From Pseudomonadota bacterium (lineage in GTDB: Bacteria > Pseudomonadota > Alphaproteobacteria > Rhodospirillales > Magnetospirillaceae), in assembly GCA_021781575.1 (NCBI GenBank), contig JAJXWP010000013.1:21257-85256 (forward strand): a DNA stretch of 64,000 nt, written 5' to 3'. Both the position numbers and the translations under genes were made by a program. Shown in pieces: positions 36,025 through 45,022 of the stretch. The notes under the pieces were generated by a model. It was not told the origin of the DNA, ran no database searches, and saw only the letters and a list, made by a program, of their open reading frames with translations. Each line of letters opens with the position of its first letter. Within the stretch, counting starts at the first letter, position 1.

Positions 36025-39000
36025 TCAAACCTGTTCCGTCTGGCGGGTTTGCTCGCCGGCGCCGCCCCGGTCGCTGCGCCGGTCCGCCGCTCCGGCTTTC
36101 CTCAGCAGCGTGACCTCCTTGACCAGGGCGTAGAGCGCCGGAATGACCACCAGCGTCAGCACGGTGGAGGACACCATGCCGCCGACCATGGGCACGGCGA
36201 TGCGGCGCATCACCTCGGAGCCGGTACCGGTGCTCCACAGGATGGGCAGCAGGCCGGCCATGATGGCGACCACGGTCATCATCTTTGGCCGGACACGGTC
36301 CACCGCGCCTTCCATGATGGCGGCATAAAGGTCGGCACGGTTCAGCTCCTCGCCCATCACCCGGCGCAAGGCCAGGCGCTCGGACAGGGCGTGGTCGAGA
36401 TAGATCAGCATGACCACGCCGGTCTCGGCGGCGACGCCGGCCAGGGCGATGAAGCCCACCGCCACCGCCACGCTCATGTTGTAACCCAGCCACCACATCA
36501 GCCACATCCCGCCGACCAGCGAAAACGGCAGAGACAGCATGACGATGAGAGTCTCGGTCAGCCGTTTGAAGTTCAGATAGAGCAGCAAAAAAATGATGAA
36601 GATCGTAACCGGCACAACAATCTTCATCTTTTCCTTGGCCCGCTCCATGTATTCGAATTGACCGCTCCAGGTGACGTAATAGCCGGGCGGCATCTTGACC
36701 TGCTGCGCCACCGCTTTGCGCGCCTCGGCGACATAGCCGCCGATATCGCGCCCCCGGATGTCCACATAGATGTAGACCGCCAGCATGGCATTTTCGGTAT
36801 GGATGGCGGCCGGCCCCTTGGTCAGCCGGATCCTGGCCAATTCGCCCAGGGGAATGTGCCGGCCGTTCGGTGCCGGCACCAGCACCTGGCTGGCGATGGT
36901 CTGGGGGTCGGCGCGAAGATCCTGCGGGTAGCGCACATTGACCGGATAGCGCTCCAGGCCCTCGACGGTGGTGGTCACGGTGGTGCCGCCGAGGGCGGTG
37001 CCGATGACATTCTGCAGGTCGCCGACGGTCAGGCCATACCGGGCCAGGGCGGCCCGGTCGGGGTCGATTTCCACGTAATGTCCATCGTTGCTGCGCTCGG
37101 CATAGGCGCTGGTGGTTCCCGGAACCGTCTTGACCACCCGTTCGATTCGCTCGGCGAGCCTCTGGATCTCGTCAAGGTTCTGGCCAAACACCTTGATGCC
37201 GATGGGGGTGCGGATGCCGGTCGCCAGCATGTCGATCCGCCCCCTGAGCGGCATCGTCCAGGAATTGCTGACACCGGGCATCTGCAGCGCCTTGTCCATG
37301 TCGGCGATCAGCCTATCGGTGGTCATGCCCGCCGGCCATTGCTCCTGCGGCTTCAGTTCGATGTCGGTTTCGAACATCTCGAGGGGTGCGGGATCGGTGG
37401 CGGTATCAAAACGCCCGGCCTTGCCGAACACCGTGTCCACCTCGGGGAAGCTCTTGATGATCTTGTCCTGGGTCTGCAGGATTTCGGCGGCTTTGGTGAT
37501 CGATACCCCGGGCAGGGTAGTCGGCATGAACAGCAAGGTGCCCTCGTTGAGGGTCGGCATGAACTCCGAACCGACTTGGGTGGCGGGGTAGACGGTGGCG
37601 CCGAGGGCGGCGGCGGCCAGCAGCAGGGTGGTGAATTTCCAGTTCAGCACCCGCTTGATGAGCGGCCGGTAGGCCCAGATCAGCAGGCGGTTGATAGGAT
37701 TTTTGCGCTCCGGAATGATCTTGCCGCGGACGAACAGCGCCATCAGCGCCGGCACCAGGGTCACCGAGAGCAGGGCCGCGCCGGCCATCGAGAAGGTCTT
37801 GGTGTAGGCCAACGGCTTGAACAGCCTGCCCTCCTCGGCCTCCAGGGTGAACACCGGGATGAACGACACGGTGATGATCAAGAGGCCGAAGAATAGCGAC
37901 GGTCCCACCTCGATGGCCGCGTCAACCAGGGCTTTGACCCGCGAATCGCCAGGCTTCAACCGCTCCAGATGCTTATGGGCGTTTTCGATCATGACGATGG
38001 CGGCGTCGACCATGGCCCCCACGGCGATGGCGATGCCGCCCAGGCTCATGATGTTCGAGGTCATTCCCAGCGCCTGCATGACGATGATGGCGATCAGCAC
38101 GCCGACGGGGAGCATCAGGATGGCCACCAGGGCCGAACGCAAATGCAACAGGAAGATCACGCAAACTGCGGCGACGATCAGGCTTTCCTCGACCAGGGTA
38201 TGCTTCAGGGTGTGCACCGCGCGCAGAATCAACCCCGAGCGGTCGTAGACCGCCTTGATCGTAACCCCGGCGGGAAGGCCGCTCGCCACCTCGGCGATCT
38301 TCTCCTTGACGTTCCTGATGACGTCGAGGGCGTTCTGCCCGTAACGCTGGATGGCGACGCCGCCCACCACTTCGCCTTCGCCGTTCAGATCGGCCAAGCC
38401 GCGGCGTTCGTCGGGACCGAGTTCAATACGGGCGACGTCGCGCAGCAGCACGGGCGTTCCGCTTTGAGCCTTCAGAACAATCTGGCCGATGTCGCCGACG
38501 CCGCGCAGGTAGCCGCGGCCGCGCACCATGTATTCGGTCTCGGCCATCTCGATGACACGACCGCCCACATCGGCATTGCTGTCGCGGATCGCCTTGATGA
38601 CCTTCTCCAAGGGGATGTCGTAGGCCTGCAGCTTCACCGGGTCGACCACCACCTGATACTGCTTGACGAAGCCGCCGACGCCGCTCACCTCGGAAACCCC
38701 GCCGGCCTTCACCAGTTGGTAGCGCAGGAACCAATCCTGGATGCTGCGCAGTTCCGCCAGGGTCTTGTGCTTGGCCAACAGAGCATACTGATAGACCCAG
38801 CCGACGCCGGTGGCGTCGGGGCCAAGCGCCGGCGTCACCCCCGGCGGCAGCGTCCTGGCGGCGAAGTTCAGATATTCCAGGACCCGCGAGCGGGCCCAGT
38901 AGACGTCGGTTCCGTCCTCGAACACCACATAGACCATGGATCCGCCGAAGAACGACACGCCGCGCACCACCTGCGATTTGGGTACGCTCAACATGGCCGT

Positions 39001-39210
39001 GGTCAAAGGATAGGTGACCTGGTCCTCGACCACCTGCGGCGCCTGGCCGGGAAAGTCGGTATAGATGATCACCTGAGTGTCGGACAGGTCCGGCAGGGCA
39101 TCGAGCGGCAGGTGGAGCGTCGCATAGACCCCCGCCCCCACCACTCCGACGGTGGCGACCAGGATCAGGAAGATGTTGCGTACCGACCACCGGATCAGGC
39201 TGGCGATCAT
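36025..39210 (-). CDS. cusA: CusA/CzcA-family heavy-metal efflux RND permease
   Basis: 1061 aa. N-terminus MIASLIRWSVRNIFLILVATV.. and overall HME-RND pattern. GGAGG lies 9 nt upstream of ATG 39210. Confidence 0.95.
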   Translation of the reverse strand: MIASLIRWSVRNIFLILVATVGVVGAGVYATLHLPLDALPDLSDTQVIIYTDFPGQAPQVVEDQVTYPLTTAMLSVPKSQVVRGVSFFGGSMVYVVFEDGTDVYWARSRVLEYLNFAARTLPPGVTPALGPDATGVGWVYQYALLAKHKTLAELRSIQDWFLRYQLVKAGGVSEVSGVGGFVKQYQVVVDPVKLQAYDIPLEKVIKAIRDSNADVGGRVIEMAETEYMVRGRGYLRGVGDIGQIVLKAQSGTPVLLRDVARIELGPDERRGLADLNGEGEVVGGVAIQRYGQNALDVIRNVKEKIAEVASGLPAGVTIKAVYDRSGLILRAVHTLKHTLVEESLIVAAVCVIFLLHLRSALVAILMLPVGVLIAIIVMQALGMTSNIMSLGGIAIAVGAMVDAAIVMIENAHKHLERLKPGDSRVKALVDAAIEVGPSLFFGLLIITVSFIPVFTLEAEEGRLFKPLAYTKTFSMAGAALLSVTLVPALMALFVRGKIIPERKNPINRLLIWAYRPLIKRVLNWKFTTLLLAAAALGATVYPATQVGSEFMPTLNEGTLLFMPTTLPGVSITKAAEILQTQDKIIKSFPEVDTVFGKAGRFDTATDPAPLEMFETDIELKPQEQWPAGMTTDRLIADMDKALQMPGVSNSWTMPLRGRIDMLATGIRTPIGIKVFGQNLDEIQRLAERIERVVKTVPGTTSAYAERSNDGHYVEIDPDRAALARYGLTVGDLQNVIGTALGGTTVTTTVEGLERYPVNVRYPQDLRADPQTIASQVLVPAPNGRHIPLGELARIRLTKGPAAIHTENAMLAVYIYVDIRGRDIGGYVAEARKAVAQQVKMPPGYYVTWSGQFEYMERAKEKMKIVVPVTIFIIFLLLYLNFKRLTETLIVMLSLPFSLVGGMWLMWWLGYNMSVAVAVGFIALAGVAAETGVVMLIYLDHALSERLALRRVMGEELNRADLYAAIMEGAVDRVRPKMMTVVAIMAGLLPILWSTGTGSEVMRRIAVPMVGGMVSSTVLTLVVIPALYALVKEVTLLRKAGAADRRSDRGGAGEQTRQTEQV

Positions 39211-39325
39211 GATTTTGCGCCTCCGCTGGTTTCCCCGCCATCCCCGCGCCGGAGCCCCATGGCGGCAGCGGGCCCTGTGCTACCGTGGGCGTGACGGGCG
39301 GTTCGAGGATCGGACGACATGACGC

Positions 39326-40777
39326 TCACTGATGGTCGAAACTCTGCAGGGCAGCGCGCAGATTGCTTTCCGAATCGATCAGGAAATTGGCGCTGACCAC
39401 CACCTTCTCGCCGCCGGATAACCCGCTCAGGACTTGCAGATAACCGTCGGCCCTTGCCCCGGTCTTGACGTCGCGGGGTTCGTAGCGCCCCTCGCCCCGC
39501 TCGATCAGCACCACCTTGCGGCTGCCGCTGTCCAGCAGCGCCGATTCCGGAATCGCCAGCACCGGGCCGCTGGCCGCCACCGTGGCGATCTCGACCGTTC
39601 CGTACAAGGCGGGTTTGAGCCGGCCGTCGCGATTGGGCAACTCGATGCGCAACTTCGCCGTCCGCGTGTCGGGCGACAAGGTGGGATAGATGAACGTGAC
39701 CTTGCCGGCGAATGTCGCACCGGGCAGGGCATCGAAACTGACCTTCGCCTCTTGCCCGACATGGACGAAGGCAAGATCCTGCTCGTAGACTTCGGCGATC
39801 ACCCAGACGGAGGAAAGGTCGGCAAGCGAATAGAGCACGTCCCCCGGCATGAAGCGCTGGCCGACGACGACCTTCTTCTCCAGGACGACGCCGTTGACCA
39901 GGCACGGCAGCGCCAGGGTCCGCGACACTTTCCCTGTGCGCTGCAATTTCGCCACCTCGGCATGCGGAATGTCCCAGTTGCGTAGCCGCTGCAAGGCGCC
40001 GTCGGCCAGCATGCGCGCCGCCTCGCGCGCTTCCCGGCTGGCGTCAGCGGGCAGGTCCTGCAGGGATTTCCAGGCCGCGAGGTATTCCTCCTCGGCCAGC
40101 ACCAGGTCGGGGCTGTAGATGTCCATCAGCGTCTGTCCCTTGCGGACATCCTGGCCGGTGGTGTTGACGTAGAGCGTCTCGACATAACCCTCGAATTTCG
40201 GCGCCACCAGTTCCTGCCGGCGTTCGTCCACCTGCACCGTGCCGACCGCCCGCAGGGTGCGGGTCAAGGCGCGCCGCGTCACCGTTTCCGTCCGCACCCC
40301 GAGCTTCTGCACCTTGTCGAGCGAGATCTTGAGCATCGGGCCGCCATCGTCATCGCCCTCATATACCGGCAGATAGTCCATCCCCATGGAGTCCTTCTTC
40401 GGCACCGGCGAGGTGTCGGCGAGCCCCATGGGATTGCGGTAATAAAGGATCTTTCCCCGTCCCTTGGGTGGCGGCGGCGGTGGCTCGGGGGTAGCCGCCG
40501 CCTCCTCGTCGGCATAGACCGGCAGGTAGTCGCGCCCTTGCGCATCCTTCTTAGGGTCGGGCGAATAGTCGGCCTTGCCGGTCGGATCCTTGTAATAAAT
40601 GATCGTGCGCTCAGCGGACTGCTTGGCCTTGGACTGCGGTGCGGACGGCGAAGATGCCGTCATCGCCGGCATGGTGGCCGGCGGGTGGCTGCGGCCGACC
40701 CAGAAACCAACGGCCAATGCCACCGCCACGGCGATGCCGGCGGCGGCCACGCCCCCGAGGGGTCGTTTTCGGCTCAC
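39326..40777 (-). CDS. cusB: Efflux RND periplasmic adaptor (CusB-like) with duplicated N-terminal metal-binding-type motif
   Basis: Track ORF 39326..40864(-). Start placed at GTG 40777-40775, which overlaps the cusC stop (GTGA) and follows GGGAGGAAA. Duplicated motif IIYYKDPTGKADYSPDPKKDAQGRDYLPVY / ILYYRNPMGLADTSPVPKKDSMGMDYLPVY. Confidence 0.9.
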   Translation of the reverse strand: MSRKRPLGGVAAAGIAVAVALAVGFWVGRSHPPATMPAMTASSPSAPQSKAKQSAERTIIYYKDPTGKADYSPDPKKDAQGRDYLPVYADEEAAATPEPPPPPPKGRGKILYYRNPMGLADTSPVPKKDSMGMDYLPVYEGDDDGGPMLKISLDKVQKLGVRTETVTRRALTRTLRAVGTVQVDERRQELVAPKFEGYVETLYVNTTGQDVRKGQTLMDIYSPDLVLAEEEYLAAWKSLQDLPADASREAREAARMLADGALQRLRNWDIPHAEVAKLQRTGKVSRTLALPCLVNGVVLEKKVVVGQRFMPGDVLYSLADLSSVWVIAEVYEQDLAFVHVGQEAKVSFDALPGATFAGKVTFIYPTLSPDTRTAKLRIELPNRDGRLKPALYGTVEIATVAASGPVLAIPESALLDSGSRKVVLIERGEGRYEPRDVKTGARADGYLQVLSGLSGGEKVVVSANFLIDSESNLRAALQSFDHQ

Positions 40778-42045
40778 AGCTTTCCTCCCACCAGTTTCTC
40801 GATGTCCGCCAGCCATTCTTCCTGTTCGAATTGCACCTTGATCAGGCTGACGTCGGTCTGCCACAGCTGCTGCTCGGCCGTCAGCACATCGACGAACTCG
40901 GTCCGGCCCAAGCCATAGCCATTGGCCACCGATTCGAAGCCGATCTCAGCCTCGGGCAACTGGCTGTCGCGCAGCAGCTTCTCCACTTGGCGCGACGACC
41001 TCAGGGCGACCCAGGCGTCACCCAGTTCCTTCTCCACATCGCGCGATACCGTGTCGTTCCTGCTGCGCGCCGCTGCCGCCTTGGCCTTGGCCTCGCGCAC
41101 CTGCGAGTCGTGCAACCCCCATTGCAGCGGCAAGGTCGTGCTCACCATCACGTTGTAGCCGACCCAGCGCCCCCCCATGAGTTCCGGCCCGAGGCCCAAC
41201 TCGACGTCGGGGTACCAATCCTTTTCCGCCAGGCTGGCCTCCTTGTCGGCGCCTTGGCTCGACGCTTGCTGCGCGAGGATCTGCGGGTTGGCATCCCGGG
41301 CCCGAGCGCTAAGAGCGGAAAGGTCCAGCACATCGGCCGGCGGCATCGGGCGCGGCACCGGTTTCTCCGCCAACGGCGCATCACCGGCGCGGGCCAGCAG
41401 ACGGTTGATGGCGATACGAGCCTGGTCGCGTTCCGCCTCGGCGCGGGCGATCTCTGTCTCCAGCCTGGTCTTCTCCACTTCGGCACGGGTGGCGTCCGCC
41501 TGCTTGCCGAGCCCTTGCGCATACCGCGCCGCGGCGAGCTTCGCCAACGTATCCATTCGACCTTTCAAGCCGCGGTCGAGTTCGACCACCAGATAGGCGG
41601 AACGGTACTGCGCATAGGCGATCTCGACCCTGGCCACCACCTCGTTTTCCACTTCCTGGCGCAGCAAAGAGGCCTGGCGCGCGCCGGCCAAGGCGATGTC
41701 GCGCCGCAAATTGCGCTTGCCCCACAGCGGGAACATCTGGCTCAGCGTCACCATGTTGTCGCCAAGGAAGGGGCTGCGGGGAACGAGGCCGGAATTGACT
41801 GTCGGCCACTGGAAAACCTGCCACTCCAGCTTGGGGTCGGGCAGGCTGTCGGCACCGTCGACCTTGGCCGTGGCCGCATCGGCCTCCAGTGCCGCCACTT
41901 GGAGATCGGGATTCATCCGCCGGGCGGCGGCAATCAGGCCGGCCAGTTCGTCCACCGCCGGCCCGCCGGCGGCGCCGCTCTCGGCTTGCGCCGCCCACGG
42001 CAGCGTGGCGAGCAGGGCCGCCAGCAACAGCCACCGTCCGGCCAT
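40774..42045 (-). CDS. cusC: TolC-family outer-membrane efflux protein (CusC-like)
   Basis: Track ORF 40774..42114(-). Start at MAGRWLLLAALLATLPWAAQA (signal peptide, ATG 42045). Two TolC-type repeats. Confidence 0.88.
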   Translation of the reverse strand: MAGRWLLLAALLATLPWAAQAESGAAGGPAVDELAGLIAAARRMNPDLQVAALEADAATAKVDGADSLPDPKLEWQVFQWPTVNSGLVPRSPFLGDNMVTLSQMFPLWGKRNLRRDIALAGARQASLLRQEVENEVVARVEIAYAQYRSAYLVVELDRGLKGRMDTLAKLAAARYAQGLGKQADATRAEVEKTRLETEIARAEAERDQARIAINRLLARAGDAPLAEKPVPRPMPPADVLDLSALSARARDANPQILAQQASSQGADKEASLAEKDWYPDVELGLGPELMGGRWVGYNVMVSTTLPLQWGLHDSQVREAKAKAAAARSRNDTVSRDVEKELGDAWVALRSSRQVEKLLRDSQLPEAEIGFESVANGYGLGRTEFVDVLTAEQQLWQTDVSLIKVQFEQEEWLADIEKLVGGKL

Positions 42046-42049
42046 TGGA

Positions 42050-42448
42050 TCACCTGGCGACGAAAGGTACGGTTCCGGTGACCGTCCCGGCTTCGCCCTG
42101 GACTTTCGCGGCAAGGGTGAGCGCCCACGGGCCTTCCATGGAGAAATTGGTCAGGAAGTGGTACTCGCCGGGCATCGGCGATTTGACCGCCTTGATAGCG
42201 GTGGTCATCGGCGCCATGCCCTCCATCGGCATCTCCATCCTGGTGGAGAAAATGACCGCGTCCTTGACCGGCATCTTGTCGGGCAGGTGCACCAGCCGCA
42301 CGGCGATCGGAGTCTCCGAGGAAGCCTGCACGTTGGGCTGCACAGCCTCGAACCGATAGTCCTTCGGGTCGGCCTTGGCCGCCCCCGCCACGCTCAACGC
42401 CGCAACCCCCATGGCCGCGGCGAAAAGATATGCCGTGGATCCGCGCAT
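42050..42448 (-). CDS. Periplasmic Met-rich FixH/YtkA-like protein (possible metal chaperone)
   Basis: Internal Met of track ORF 42050..42721(-): MRGSTAYLFAAAMGVAALSVAGAAKA (signal), ..STRMEMPMEGMAPMTTAIKAVKSPMPGEYHF.. GGGGAGGG lies upstream of ATG 42448. Its stop is 4 nt before cusC. Confidence 0.75.
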   Translation of the reverse strand: MRGSTAYLFAAAMGVAALSVAGAAKADPKDYRFEAVQPNVQASSETPIAVRLVHLPDKMPVKDAVIFSTRMEMPMEGMAPMTTAIKAVKSPMPGEYHFLTNFSMEGPWALTLAAKVQGEAGTVTGTVPFVAR

Positions 42449-42512
42449 GACCCGGCCCTCCCCTTTAAATGAAAGTTTATCGGAGAGATGTTTTATGCCG
42501 TGCCGCCGGATT

Positions 42513-42532
42513 TTACACGTAACATAGTGTAA
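42513..42532. promoter_or_regulatory. TTACAC-N8-GTGTAA inverted repeat; on the operon strand TTACAC/TTACGT half-sites with 10-nt period; candidate regulator box for the cus-type operon
   Basis: ttacacgtaacatagtgtaa, about 65-85 nt upstream of the first gene's ATG, in an AT-rich patch. Confidence 0.35.
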
Positions 42533-42642
42533 CTCTGGTCGAGGGCAATGTAAGCGACCGCCTCTGACCTTGAGCCCAAGGCGTCGGCGGAGCGCAGGGG
42601 CGTGCTTGGCCCCTCGCAGGGCGGGCCTTGCGGCGACGGGTG

Positions 42643-42718
42643 TGGTGGGCCCGGAGGGACTCGAACCCCCAACCAGACCGTTATGAGCGGCCCGCTCTAA
42701 CCATTGAGCTACAGGCCC
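42643..42718 (-). tRNA. tRNA with CAT anticodon (elongator tRNA-Met or lysidine-modified tRNA-Ile2; not an initiator)
   Basis: Minus strand GGGCCTG-TA-GCTC-AATGGTTA-GAGC-G-GGCCG-CTCATAA-CGGTC-TGGTT-GGGGG-TTCGAGT-CCCTC-CGGGCCC-A-CCA folds as a 76-nt cloverleaf with encoded CCA. 1:72 is paired and there is no triple G-C anticodon stem, so it is not tRNA-fMet. Confidence 0.9.
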
Positions 42719-42824
42719 CACCGCTCCGCCCGCCGGCAGGCGAAGGCGGCGTGAGTTTCGAGTGTGTCGGGACGGCGGTCAAGGGCAATAAGAAAGGACC
42801 GGTTGCCCGACCGTCGATCAGGGG

Positions 42825-42868
42825 CTCACCCCAGCCGTCTCCCGGCTGCGGGAGACGGCTGGGGTGAG
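42825..42868 (-). terminator. 20-bp perfect stem-loop 19 nt downstream of rpoD
   Basis: ctcaccccagccgtctcccg-gctg-cgggagacggctggggtgag. No clear U-tract on either strand. Confidence 0.55.
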
Positions 42869-42886
42869 GGGTCAAGGACCAAATGC

Positions 42887-44899
42887 TCAGGTGTCGAGGA
42901 AGCTGCGCAGCTTGCGCGAGCGGCTGGGGTGCTTCAGCTTCCTCAGCGCCTTGGCCTCAATCTGGCGGATGCGTTCGCGGGTCACCGAGAACTGCTGCCC
43001 GACCTCTTCCAAGGTGTGGTCGGTATTCATGCCGATGCCGAAACGCATACGCAAAACCCGCTCTTCGCGCGGCGTCAGGCTTGCCAGCACCCGCGTCGTG
43101 GTTTCCCGCAGATTGGCCTGGATCGCCGCATCGAGCGGCAGAACGGCGTTCTTGTCCTCGATGAAGTCGCCCAGATGGCTGTCCTCTTCATCGCCGATGG
43201 GCGTCTCAAGGGAGATCGGTTCCTTGGCGATCTTCAGGACCTTGCGCACCTTCTCCAGCGGCATCGACAGCTTCTCCGCCAGTTCCTCGGGAGTCGGCTC
43301 GCGGCCGATCTCATGCAGCATCTGGCGGCTGGTCCGCACCAGCTTGTTGATGGTCTCGATCATATGCACGGGAATGCGGATGGTGCGTGCCTGGTCGGCG
43401 ATCGAACGGGTGATCGCCTGGCGAATCCACCAGGTGGCATAAGTCGAGAACTTGTAACCCCGCCGGTACTCGAATTTGTCCACCGCCTTCATCAGGCCGA
43501 TGTTGCCTTCCTGAATCAGGTCGAGGAACTGCAGCCCGCGGTTGGTGTACTTCTTGGCGATGGAGATGACCAGGCGCAGATTGGCTTCAATCATCTCCTT
43601 CTTCGCCTTGCTGGCCTCGCGCTCCCCCCGCTGGACGGTTGCCACGATACGACGCCACTCGAACACCGGCAGCCCGGCTTCCTGCGACACCGCGCCAATG
43701 GACGAACGGAGGTCGTTGACCTCGCGCGCGTGCTTGACCGAGAAATCCTTCCAGCCCTTGCTCGGCCGTTCGGCCACCCGCTCCAGCCAGTTGGGGTCGA
43801 GTTCGCTGCCGAAATAGCTGTCAAGGAAGTCCTGACGCTTGATCCGGCACGATTCGGCAAGGCGCAGCAGCTTGCCCTCCAGCCCCATGAGGCGGCGGTT
43901 GAGGTCGTTCATATGATCGACCAGTTGCTCGATGCGCGCATTGTTGAGGTGGACCCCCTCCATCAGGGAGACCAGCTCGCTCTTCAGCTTGTCGTACTTC
44001 TTCTCGGTGGCCGGCAGGACTTTGTCGCCCTTGTGGAGCGCCGCCAAGCGCTGCTCCTGCACCTTCTGCATGCGGCCGTAGGTCTCGGCGATGCCCTCGA
44101 GGGTTTCCAGAACCGTCGGCATCAAGGCCGCTTCCATGGCAGCCAGCGAGATTCCGCTTTCCTCGGTTTCGCCTTCCTCGGCTGCAGCCACGGCCCCTTC
44201 GCCCTCTTCGTCAGGGGCCCCTTCCTCCCCTTCCTGCTCCCTCTCGGGTTCTTCGGCCGGAGCGGCGGCGGCGCCCACCTCTTCCTCGGGCGGCCCGGCC
44301 TCGAGCTCTTCTTCCGAAATGTCGGCGCGCGGACTCCCGTAGGTGGCATCGAGATCGATGATGTCGCGCAGCAACATCTTCCCTTCCACCAAGGCATCGT
44401 GCCATTCGAGCACGGCACGGATGGTCATCGGGCTCTCGCAAATGCCGCCGATCATCATGTCGCGGCCCTGCTCGATGCGCTTGGCGATGGCGATTTCGCC
44501 TTCCCGCGACAGCAGTTCGACGGACCCCATCTCGCGCAGATACATGCGCACGGGGTCGTCGGTCCGCCCCAGGTCTTCCTCGTCCACATTGCCGGCGGTG
44601 ACCGTCTCGGCCTCGCCCGAGAAATCCTCCTCGACGGCCGAGGCCTCTTCACCTTCCTCGCTTTCGACGAGATTGATGCCCATTTCCGACAGCATGGCCA
44701 TCGTGTCCTCGATCTGCTCCGAGGACACCTCGTCCGGCGGCAACGCCTGGTTCAGCTCGTCATAGGTGATGTAGCCGCGCTCTTTGCCGCGCGCCACCAT
44801 CTTCTTGACGGCGATGCCCAAGGTATCGAGCAGCGGACCATCGAGATTCTCTTCCTGCGTCTCAGAGACGTCCGCCGCATTCGTCGCTTTATTTGCCAT
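42887..44899 (-). CDS. rpoD: RNA polymerase primary sigma factor
   Basis: Track ORF 42887..44956(-). Start at [11 protein letters not shown] (ATG 44899). Region 2 [37 protein letters not shown]. Acidic spacer region. Confidence 0.96.
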   Translation of the reverse strand: MANKATNAADVSETQEENLDGPLLDTLGIAVKKMVARGKERGYITYDELNQALPPDEVSSEQIEDTMAMLSEMGINLVESEEGEEASAVEEDFSGEAETVTAGNVDEEDLGRTDDPVRMYLREMGSVELLSREGEIAIAKRIEQGRDMMIGGICESPMTIRAVLEWHDALVEGKMLLRDIIDLDATYGSPRADISEEELEAGPPEEEVGAAAAPAEEPEREQEGEEGAPDEEGEGAVAAAEEGETEESGISLAAMEAALMPTVLETLEGIAETYGRMQKVQEQRLAALHKGDKVLPATEKKYDKLKSELVSLMEGVHLNNARIEQLVDHMNDLNRRLMGLEGKLLRLAESCRIKRQDFLDSYFGSELDPNWLERVAERPSKGWKDFSVKHAREVNDLRSSIGAVSQEAGLPVFEWRRIVATVQRGEREASKAKKEMIEANLRLVISIAKKYTNRGLQFLDLIQEGNIGLMKAVDKFEYRRGYKFSTYATWWIRQAITRSIADQARTIRIPVHMIETINKLVRTSRQMLHEIGREPTPEELAEKLSMPLEKVRKVLKIAKEPISLETPIGDEEDSHLGDFIEDKNAVLPLDAAIQANLRETTTRVLASLTPREERVLRMRFGIGMNTDHTLEEVGQQFSVTRERIRQIEAKALRKLKHPSRSRKLRSFLDT

Positions 44900-44983
44900 C
44901 CAGTCTCCGCTCCCCACCGACGCCGCCCCGATCTCTCCGGGGATGGACGTCGCCATGGCGATGAACCAAGAGGAGTACCCAGG

Positions 44984-45002
44984 CCGGCCGTATTCCGGCC
45001 GG
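44984..45002 (-). other. 7-bp GC stem-loop between dnaG and rpoD
   Basis: ccggccg-tattc-cggccgg. Possible attenuator or processing structure inside the dnaG-rpoD transcription unit. Confidence 0.3.
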
Positions 45003-45022
45003 AAGATGGGGTCCTCCTCTAC

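Noticed and set aside
28000-42642. Metal-efflux / lon / TCS block considered as a tRNA-targeted genomic island
   Set aside because: There is no integrase, no recognisable direct repeat of the tRNA 3' end and no obvious compositional break by eye. This cannot be excluded without comparative genomics, so it is mentioned only under the tRNA finding.
42449-42721. N-terminal 91 codons of track ORF 42050..42721(-), reading ..GPVAQWLERAAHNGLVGGSSPSGPTT..
   Set aside because: This stretch is the translation of the tRNA(CAT) gene and its flank. The real protein starts at MRGSTAY (42448), which has a ribosome-binding site and a signal peptide.
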